DNA from: a virus
DNA length: 33,502 bases
Virus record (IMG/VR): IMGVR_UViG_3300027987_000509
Direction: 5' to 3' (one strand)
In this document: in pieces, positions 26,949 through 33,196 of the stretch
How positions within the stretch are numbered: the first letter of the stretch is position 1
Layout of the letters: the number at the start of each line of letters is the position of its first letter
Translations under genes and position numbers: made by a program
Notes under the pieces: model-generated
Seen by the model: only the letters and a program-made list of their open reading frames with translations
What the model was told of the DNA's origin: nothing
Database searches by the model: none

Positions 26949-27782
26949 TCAATTTGCACTGAACGGCATCTGACGAACACGGGCATCAACCGGCCATTCA
27001 TCCCAATCTCCGCCGTGATGATCGTTGAACGACAACCCAATCGGGTGTGATCCGAACTGCTTCACGAACACGGCAATCTCCAGCTTTTTGCCCAACTCGA
27101 TGACCCTGTAGACCCAATCAGGATCGAACGGTCTTCCGATGTGTACTCCCTGATCACTCTCGCCACCGATGATGATCCAGTCAATGCCGCGTAAATGCTT
27201 CGCGGTCAATCCTGGGTCACCGACCAGCGGCTCCAATGACAAGAATCTGTGAGTGGCCGGGACCCGACGCAGATGGTCGATCCTTTTCAGGCTGTTCCTG
27301 CCGGTGATACTCGTTCCGCACCACAAGTTCTCCGGCCACGGCTCGTCCAGCCAATCAGCGAAGTCAGCTGTGCGATTCGGCTGTTTCGTCAGCATCTGCA
27401 GATCGTGGCGATTTCCGTTGACGCTATTGGCGACGTCTACGATTTCTTCCTTCAAGAAATCGAATGTCACTGCGGCAGAGAAGACGTCTCCCAGGTCGCC
27501 CAGGAAGATCTTACGACGCCTGCCGCTCAGCCACGGTTTGTCCGTTCGTGCTTTCCCCGTCAAGTCCATGCAGCGGACGGCCTTCTCCATACGGCCAGGA
27601 ATCATCCTGACATTGGTGAAGACGGGGTCGTAGAACTGGGGCAGTGAGTGGGCCAATCGAGTTTCGTGGAAGTTGCCCGCGTAACACGGACCTCCACGAC
27701 CGGGAACCCACAATTCGCAACCATCGCACCCAGAAGTCGGGTTGACGGTGTCATCTGCCCACTGAATGCCAGTGCCTTTCAT
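26949..27782 (-). CDS. Phage Gp37/Gp68 (DUF5131) family protein, radical-SAM-like
   Basis: TGIQWAD.TVNPTSGC...CYA, GDLGDVF, QMLTK, ENLWCGTSI, RFLSLEPL, IDWIIIGGES, VFVKQFG; SD GAGGAGG. Confidence 0.92.
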   Translation of the reverse strand: MKGTGIQWADDTVNPTSGCDGCELWVPGRGGPCYAGNFHETRLAHSLPQFYDPVFTNVRMIPGRMEKAVRCMDLTGKARTDKPWLSGRRRKIFLGDLGDVFSAAVTFDFLKEEIVDVANSVNGNRHDLQMLTKQPNRTADFADWLDEPWPENLWCGTSITGRNSLKRIDHLRRVPATHRFLSLEPLVGDPGLTAKHLRGIDWIIIGGESDQGVHIGRPFDPDWVYRVIELGKKLEIAVFVKQFGSHPIGLSFNDHHGGDWDEWPVDARVRQMPFSAN

Positions 27783-27891
27783 AGATCACCTCCTCGTGGT
27801 TGTTGCAACTATTCAGTTGCGGTTAACTTCGAGGCGTGATCTGGAATTCCCAGCATCTCGCAATTTCTCAAATACGTTTGCGTTCCGGCGA

Positions 27892-27899
27892 CAAATCTA
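27892..27899 (+). promoter_or_regulatory. Putative late promoter YAAANNTA (CAAATCTA), 4 nt before ATG
   Basis: Same spacing to ATG as at 14062 and 30737; no SD. Confidence 0.55.
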
Positions 27900-27903
27900 T
27901 ACT

Positions 27904-28164
27904 ATGAAGATCAGGTCTATCATAGAATCAGAATACGAAGGACTCGAGGATTCAGACGAGTTTCGAGACCGACGTACCGGGCCAGATTTTCTTCCACGAG
28001 AAAGGACACTCACCGATATCGCGAGAGATCTTGAAGTCTTAACTCGAGAAACCAACGAGTTAATAACCGACTGGAACAGACTTCGTGCGGAGAGTATCCT
28101 CAGAGTTCTGAGAGCACGTGCATACTTGCTGCAGCTGTTGATCGAAAAGGACTATGAAACTTAG
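27904..28164 (+). CDS. Leader-tagged helical protein (putative internal head protein)
   Basis: Start at ATG 27904: MKIRSIIESEYEGLEDSDEF leader followed by an amphipathic helical hairpin. Confidence 0.75.
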   Translation: MKIRSIIESEYEGLEDSDEFRDRRTGPDFLPRERTLTDIARDLEVLTRETNELITDWNRLRAESILRVLRARAYLLQLLIEKDYET

Positions 28165-28621
28165 GTCGATCATTGAATCATACGAAGGTCTTGAAGACGC
28201 CGATGAATTCAGCGGTGGCTGGACTGAAGTATGCAGCTTCTGCGGGAACACCTACGATGTCGATGACGAAACCGACTATGCCTGTGCTGGATGCGGCAGG
28301 ACGACCTGCCCTGATTGCGAGATAACCTCTCAGAGGCTCCCGGATGGCACGTACGACGAGCGAATCTTCTGCTCACCTCAATGCCGGGCCACTCTCATGA
28401 GGCTCGAGGAAGCCAAAGGAAAAACTCCGGGACCTATCATAAGGCGGATTCAATGGAGTCCGGCCGCAATTTGGATTCAATTCCCGAGTGGTGAGACATG
28501 GGAATATGTCGTCTACGAAAATCGTTGGCTTGAGGACATTCTGCGTAGAAATCGCCGTAACGGGGGTAGGGTTGTTGCTGCTCTCAAGAAGTTGGGTGTT
28601 GAAGCTCGCAAAGCGAGCTAA
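28154..28621 (+). CDS. Leader-tagged Zn-finger protein with basic C-terminal domain (putative internal head protein)
   Basis: MKLRSIIESYEGLEDADEF leader; CxxC, CxxC, CxxC, CSxxC; SD AAGGA; overlaps the previous stop. Confidence 0.78.
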   Translation: MKLRSIIESYEGLEDADEFSGGWTEVCSFCGNTYDVDDETDYACAGCGRTTCPDCEITSQRLPDGTYDERIFCSPQCRATLMRLEEAKGKTPGPIIRRIQWSPAAIWIQFPSGETWEYVVYENRWLEDILRRNRRNGGRVVAALKKLGVEARKAS

Positions 28622-28678
28622 ATATAAAAGCAACAACCATCTCAATGCACCTATCTGGTGCCAAACAGGAGGACCGCC

Positions 28679-29227
28679 ATGAAAAGACTTCTCACTTTGT
28701 TGGCAGTCGTTGCACTGCTTACGCCAGCCACGCTCCTTTTCGCTCAAGAGGCACCACCGCAACCAGCGGTTCAAGCGGCTCAAGAAGCCGCCGCAGAAGC
28801 CGTCCAAGAAGCAGCAGTCGTCGAAGTCACTCAAGTCATTGTCCGCAATACGACCTATGAGAAGGCCACACTCGAACGGTCTTTCAAGCTCGTTGCGGAT
28901 CAGCTTTCGAAGCACCTGAAGAAGGCAACGTTCAAAGTCGACGGCAGCATTCTTTACGTCGGTGTCCAATACGACGTCCTCGCCAAGGATGCGACTCTGG
29001 CCAAGATCGACTTCAGCTCCGATTGCCCAGACAACAGCCAATTCCACGTTCAACCATCGGTACTCGCCGCTCTCGGCACGAATGAGATCAAGGAGGTTCT
29101 CATTGCCTGGACCCGTTACAGGCACGATGCTATGGCGGCCGATGTTCGCGTCGTGAACGTGGCTGATCGCACGCGATACGTGAACTTCGATGTTCAGCTC
29201 AACATCAGGAAGGTTGCACTACGGTAA
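28679..29227 (+). CDS. Secreted hypothetical protein
   Basis: SD AGGAGG; signal peptide MKRLLTLLAVVALLTPATLLFA; Ala/Gln/Glu linker then a globular domain; TAAATATA at 28619-28626 upstream. Confidence 0.82.
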   Translation: MKRLLTLLAVVALLTPATLLFAQEAPPQPAVQAAQEAAAEAVQEAAVVEVTQVIVRNTTYEKATLERSFKLVADQLSKHLKKATFKVDGSILYVGVQYDVLAKDATLAKIDFSSDCPDNSQFHVQPSVLAALGTNEIKEVLIAWTRYRHDAMAADVRVVNVADRTRYVNFDVQLNIRKVALR

Positions 29228-29254
29228 CGCCATCGAGTGCAGAGGACTTCGCAC

Positions 29255-29290
29255 GAGGCCCGGTCGGCAACGGCCGGGCCTCTTTCGTAC
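29255..29290 (+). terminator. Hairpin with GCAA tetraloop, putative terminator
   Basis: GAGGCCCGGTCG-gcaa-CGGCCGGGCCTC (12 bp, one G-U) followed by TTTCGTAC. Confidence 0.75.
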
Positions 29291-29394
29291 GTCAATCGCT
29301 GAACAGAATAAGACCCCCCGGTAGTGTGGGTTTGTGTAAAGATACTGTGGCAATTCCGCCAAACCCGAACAGGTCCCAAAAGGGGAGAGATCAA

Positions 29395-29763
29395 ATGAAG
29401 AGCTTGCTCGCTGTAGGAGCAATGCTGGCAGCAGTCGTTGCAACTTCCAACACTGCGGAAGCCCAGCAGTGCTTTGTCAACCAAGGTTTCAGTCAGCCCG
29501 TCGTCGTTCAGCAACCGTTCGTCACTCAACAGTTCGCCCAGCCGGTCTTCGTGAACCGAGGCTTCGTGCGACAACCAGTCATCGTCAACCGAGGCTTCGT
29601 GCGACAGCCGATCTTCGTGGGGCGGCAACGCTTCATCGGATCGCCATTCCGCAGCCGAGCGTTCATCGGAACTGGTTTCGGATTTCAGCAGCCGGTATTC
29701 GTCAACACTGGCCCATCGTTCGGGCTATTTGGCCGTCGAGGCGGCCTGTTCCTGAACTTCTGA
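29395..29763 (+). CDS. Secreted low-complexity repeat protein (F/V/Q/G/R-rich), planctomycete-like
   Basis: ATG 29395 with SD GGGGAG; signal peptide ending AEA; repeats QPVFVNRGFVR. Confidence 0.8.
   Translation: MKSLLAVGAMLAAVVATSNTAEAQQCFVNQGFSQPVVVQQPFVTQQFAQPVFVNRGFVRQPVIVNRGFVRQPIFVGRQRFIGSPFRSRAFIGTGFGFQQPVFVNTGPSFGLFGRRGGLFLNF
29539..29619 (+). repeat. In-frame 33-nt tandem repeat (about 2.5 copies) encoding QP(V/I)(F/I)VNRGFVR
   Basis: CAGCCGGTCTTCGTGAACCGAGGCTTCGTGCGA / CAACCAGTCATCGTCAACCGAGGCTTCGTGCGA / CAGCCGATCTTCGTG. Confidence 0.85.
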
Positions 29764-29782
29764 GTGGGTGAGAATCGATGCG

Positions 29783-29821
29783 GTTTGTGGCCTCACCATT
29801 GGTGGGGCCACAAACGTATTT
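29783..29821 (+). terminator. Hairpin, putative terminator
   Basis: GTTTGTGGCCTCACC-att-GGTGGGGCCACAAAC (15 bp, one G-U) followed by GTATTT. Confidence 0.7.
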
Positions 29822-29851
29822 GGGCATTGATTGGTCTGTGATGCAAAAATA

Positions 29852-29996
29852 TCAACAAGACAGCGATCGCACCATGCTCGATTCACTGATATCTCCTCAC
29901 GCTCTAGTATGATCAGAGTTCGGATATCCACCCCCGGACTCATCGAGAACTTCAGCAAAGAGCCCAGTCAATTTCGGCTGGGCTCTTTGCGTATTT
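29852..29996 (+). ncRNA. Candidate small structured RNA
   Basis: No convincing ORF between a YAAANNTA motif (29844-29851) and a hairpin (29955-29990); nested stems CTCGAT/ATCGAG, GATATCT/GGATATC, GCTCT/AGAGT. Confidence 0.35.
29955..29996 (+). terminator. Hairpin, putative terminator
   Basis: GCAAAGAGCCCAGTC-aatttc-GGCTGGGCTCTTTGC (15 bp, one G-U) followed by GTATTT. Confidence 0.75.
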
Positions 29997-30060
29997 AAAG
30001 TGACCGGAAGCCCGATTGGGTATTGTCGTTCAACCATGGAACTTGTGAGGAGTCTCCAAA

Positions 30061-30678
30061 ATGAGGAAGCTGCTACTCCTGGGACTTGCCATTTTGGCGT
30101 CCCTCTCAGCCGTATCAGAAGCAAACGCAGGATTATTCTTCCGCCACAGCAATTGCAGCTGCAGCAGGGTCAGAATCTTCCGCACCCGATGCCGCGTACA
30201 ATGTGTGCCATGTGGCCAACAAACCGGCACCGTTGTTGAAGAAGTCGTACCAGCAGCCGAAGCCCCACCATCAACCAACCCAAGTGGACCAGCGGCTCCT
30301 GACACGACCACGAACCAGCAAGTCCCGGAAATCGCACCGCCCCCGCCAATCGACGCCGGACCAGCCGCCCCCGCAGTGCAGTCATCCACGCCGGAAGAAA
30401 CAACAAAACCAACTCCGGCCCCGACTGTCAACCAAGGTGCCCAGGAAGAGAAACCGTTCCAATTGCTGAATCCGCCTCAGACTCCGCCACCGGCACCTTC
30501 AACCAAGCCACAATCTGAGCCAACTCCTACGCCCACTCCGGAAGCGGCACCATCGGAGCAACCGGTCAACACGCCGACTCCAACGCCGAAACCTGATCCG
30601 GATTTCAATTTGGTTACAAATGACAGGGGAATGGTACCACCAGCCCCATCATCTTTTCTGCTTGTCGGTCGGGACTAA
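30061..30678 (+). CDS. Secreted Cys-motif, Pro/Thr-rich protein, planctomycete-like
   Basis: SD GAGGAG; signal peptide ending ANA followed by GLFFR..CSC...C...CVPC and a long P/T/A-rich tail. Confidence 0.8.
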   Translation: MRKLLLLGLAILASLSAVSEANAGLFFRHSNCSCSRVRIFRTRCRVQCVPCGQQTGTVVEEVVPAAEAPPSTNPSGPAAPDTTTNQQVPEIAPPPPIDAGPAAPAVQSSTPEETTKPTPAPTVNQGAQEEKPFQLLNPPQTPPPAPSTKPQSEPTPTPTPEAAPSEQPVNTPTPTPKPDPDFNLVTNDRGMVPPAPSSFLLVGRD

Positions 30679-30697
30679 CCTCCCACGAGATTGACTC

Positions 30698-30737
30698 ATG
30701 CGTAGAGAGCCGGGCTTCAGCCCGGCTCTTTGCGTAT
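30698..30737 (+). terminator. Hairpin, putative terminator
   Basis: Core AGAGCCGGGC-ttca-GCCCGGCTCT, extendable to 18 bp with G-U pairs, ending TTGCGTAT. Confidence 0.75.
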
Positions 30738-30744
30738 AAATATA
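30735..30744 (+). promoter_or_regulatory. T4-type late promoter TATAAATA / YAAANNTA, 4 nt before ATG
   Basis: Exact TATAAATA at 30735-30742; TAAATATA ends at 30744; ATG at 30749; no SD. Confidence 0.65.
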
Positions 30745-30748
30745 GAGC

Positions 30749-31291
30749 ATGAAGCTCAGATTCATTGCAGAACTCAATTGGAGAAAAGCACGGCGACGAA
30801 TGAAGCCGTTGCTTGCTATTCTGCCAAAGCGTAAGAAAAAGCACTCCGAACGAGTTGGGAAGACTTTGAAGGACGTAGGTGCTGGAAAAATAGCCACCTA
30901 TGCCGGACTCCTGCATGACTATCTTGAGCGAGGGGGCTCTCTCGAGGACCTCTCGGACCACATTGAAGAGTTAGGTCTACCTCGACAGATCGTTCAAGCC
31001 GTCCAGTCTCTCAGCCAAGACGAGAATTACGGTACATCAAATCAACCTCTGACGCATCTCAAACGGGTGTTGAAAACGATTGACGATGAAGATCTTCGGA
31101 ACATCGTCATCGTCGCCAAACTCGCCGATAGGATTGACAATTTCAGGAGACGTCGGAATCGAGACGAATTGACAAAGCTGTACCGCAAGAATACCGACAG
31201 GCTGATCGAATATCTCATCAACCAATACACAGGCAAAGGCAAACCAGTTAGGAAATTGATGCGGATTTATTCCGCGATTGCGGGGGAATGA
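30749..31291 (+). CDS. HD-domain hydrolase, SpoT/Mesh1-like, with short MKLRFIAE leader
   Basis: H(SERV), AGLLHDYLE and VAKLADRIDN match the RSH hydrolase motifs (HP, AALLHDxxED, VKLADRxxN). Confidence 0.75.
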   Translation: MKLRFIAELNWRKARRRMKPLLAILPKRKKKHSERVGKTLKDVGAGKIATYAGLLHDYLERGGSLEDLSDHIEELGLPRQIVQAVQSLSQDENYGTSNQPLTHLKRVLKTIDDEDLRNIVIVAKLADRIDNFRRRRNRDELTKLYRKNTDRLIEYLINQYTGKGKPVRKLMRIYSAIAGE

Positions 31292-31473
31292 TGGCGAAGA
31301 AGAAGAAAGCAAATCCCCTGAAAAAGAAGTGCAGTGACTGTGGTAATCCCACAACCGATTACTATCCGATAAAGGGCGGCATTCGTTGCAATGAATGTCA
31401 AGAACGCTTTGTCAGGACTGGCTATCAAGAGGATAAACCGGCACATGGGTCTTACAAAGACAGACGTCGATAG
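31288..31473 (+). CDS. Small basic Zn-ribbon protein
   Basis: CSDC...CNEC; ATGA overlap with the HD gene. Confidence 0.7.
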   Translation: MMAKKKKANPLKKKCSDCGNPTTDYYPIKGGIRCNECQERFVRTGYQEDKPAHGSYKDRRR

Positions 31474-32073
31474 TCACTTCTTCTCGTGCACCCAAATTCT
31501 GGTGTTCTCCACCACGTAAAAATCGTCCTTGAAACACTCCTGGACGGCGTCCATCACTCCAGGATCGCAGCTCCAATAGTCGTGGCCATACATTCTGCCG
31601 CCCGGATTGAGCAGTGGCAGAAACGCTAGAATGTCACCTTCCGCATCTTCCCTACGGTGCCCGGCATCAATGTAGATAGTGTCAGCCTTGACGCCGTCTT
31701 TGAATAGTAGAGTGGCGGCTGTGAGGCCAGCCATCTTGTGGAACTTAAATTCGAGATCTGGACGCTTCTTGTGCAGTGCCCGCAAAGTAGCTTCTAAGAC
31801 TTCAGTGGCCCACTCGTTTGATGGTAAACCAAACCCAGGTAGATGGTGGATGCCCCATTCATGCTCCATTGGATCGATCAAATGAAGCGTACTGTTACTT
31901 GTCATTGCATTTGCTGTTGCCCACAAACTTTTGCCACAGAAGACGCCGACCTCGATGTGACATTTGCTGTTCACTTCTTCGGCTAACCTATGGAGAGTAT
32001 CAAGCTCGCGTGGCCAACACCAACCTGGGATCTGCCAGGCAGCTTGTTTGGTTAGTTCTGCAGGAGTTTTCAT
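31474..32073 (-). CDS. Class I SAM-dependent methyltransferase (Methyltransf_24-like)
   Basis: IPGW, IEVGVFCGKS, DTIYIDAGH, LLNPGG..YGHDY, PGV..AV. Start chosen at ATG 32073 (AAGGA upstream); the alternative is 32091. Confidence 0.88.
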   Translation of the reverse strand: MKTPAELTKQAAWQIPGWCWPRELDTLHRLAEEVNSKCHIEVGVFCGKSLWATANAMTSNSTLHLIDPMEHEWGIHHLPGFGLPSNEWATEVLEATLRALHKKRPDLEFKFHKMAGLTAATLLFKDGVKADTIYIDAGHRREDAEGDILAFLPLLNPGGRMYGHDYWSCDPGVMDAVQECFKDDFYVVENTRIWVHEKK

Positions 32074-33196
32074 GGACAATATTCCTTGCATCTACAGAGG
32101 ATCACACCCATTTGTGAGACCGGTTGCGTCGGATGTTATCCGAACTTTCAGATGCCATTCTGATGAGGTCCCCACTCATTATTGTTCTTTGCACGAGCAA
32201 ATCGAAGGATTGACATGCTGCTCGCAGTGTGCCCACCGCACCGAATATTCGCGAGATGAAACACAAATCGTCTTGTCACAAGGCCGCTGGAACTACATAT
32301 CTACGGCCCAGCTCCTAAGAGATACCTACGAACTCGTCAAGCATGTCCCAGCTGATTGTGCTGGTATCGTCGGTGTGCCACGGTCCGGGATGATCCCGGC
32401 TTCGCTTTTGGCGACTGCTTCTCATTTGCCGTTGCTTGAATTTTCGAGCCAATATGGCCTTAGACAGCTTGGAACTGGCGGCAGAATGCACGGTGCTCGC
32501 ATTGGTGATTTCGGAAAAGGAAAGTTGTTTGTCGTAGACGATTCTGTGCACAGTGGTGGGGCGATGAGTCTTGTTCGTGACTTCTTGGGAAACAAGGCGA
32601 TCTACTCCACTGTTTATTGCCGTATGGAGGCATCACAAGAAGTCGATATCTTCATCAGAGAAGCACCAAGCCCACACATTTTCGAATGGAATCTGTTCAA
32701 CAGCGGTAATGTGTCAGGCCAATCAGGAGAAGACGTTCACTGGTTCACTGGCGGCATAGCATTCGACTTCGATGGCATCATTTGTCCCGATCCACCGGTA
32801 CCAGACGCTGACGATGGTCCCGGCCTAGAAGCGTACATTCACTATCTCAAAAATGCCCCGCCAACTCATATGACGCCGCGATACGATCCGGTTCCGCTGA
32901 TTGTCACTCTCCGGCTCGAGAAGTGGAGAGAGATTACGATGGACTGGCTTAGAAGGAACAGAGTGACGTGCTGGAAACTTGTGATGTGTCCCTACGAGAA
33001 TGCGTCTGAGAGGAACGGAGAAAACGGTGTCGTGCCAGAGCACATTATCATCAAGCACAAAGCGATGCCATACAAGGAATCAAAGTGTATCTTGATGGTC
33101 GAATCAGATCCTCGACAGGCTGAACTGATTCATTTTGCCAGTGGCAAGCCCGTGCTCTGTCCAGCCACCGGCGAGATCTTTCAAGACTCGATCTGA
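32072..33196 (+). CDS. Cys-rich N-domain + phosphoribosyltransferase + HAD-like domain fusion
   Basis: IVGVPRSG and the PRPP-binding motif LFVVDDSVHSGGAM; HAD motif I AFDFDGIIC, then IVT, HKA and MVES; SD AGGAG before ATG 32072. Confidence 0.82.
   Translation: MDNIPCIYRGSHPFVRPVASDVIRTFRCHSDEVPTHYCSLHEQIEGLTCCSQCAHRTEYSRDETQIVLSQGRWNYISTAQLLRDTYELVKHVPADCAGIVGVPRSGMIPASLLATASHLPLLEFSSQYGLRQLGTGGRMHGARIGDFGKGKLFVVDDSVHSGGAMSLVRDFLGNKAIYSTVYCRMEASQEVDIFIREAPSPHIFEWNLFNSGNVSGQSGEDVHWFTGGIAFDFDGIICPDPPVPDADDGPGLEAYIHYLKNAPPTHMTPRYDPVPLIVTLRLEKWREITMDWLRRNRVTCWKLVMCPYENASERNGENGVVPEHIIIKHKAMPYKESKCILMVESDPRQAELIHFASGKPVLCPATGEIFQDSI

Noticed and set aside
27766-27903. Upstream extensions given by the ORF track (27766, 2241, 7807, 8550, 26547, 28658, 29326, 31964)
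   Set aside because: Downstream ATGs have SD or promoter context, give signal peptides or the conserved leader at residue 1, and avoid overlaps.
14074-28210. Diversity-generating retroelement template/variable repeats as an explanation for the leader repeats
   Set aside because: Differences are not adenine-specific, the repeats are N-terminal, and there is no reverse transcriptase in the window.
29494-29619. Tandem repeats considered as a CRISPR or mini-array
   Set aside because: Units are contiguous and in frame, vary at synonymous positions and have no unique spacers; no cas genes are present.
26037-30748. tRNA genes in the accessory intergenic gaps
   Set aside because: No cloverleaf with a T-loop GTTCRA and matching acceptor stem found by eye; tRNAscan-SE or ARAGORN would be decisive.
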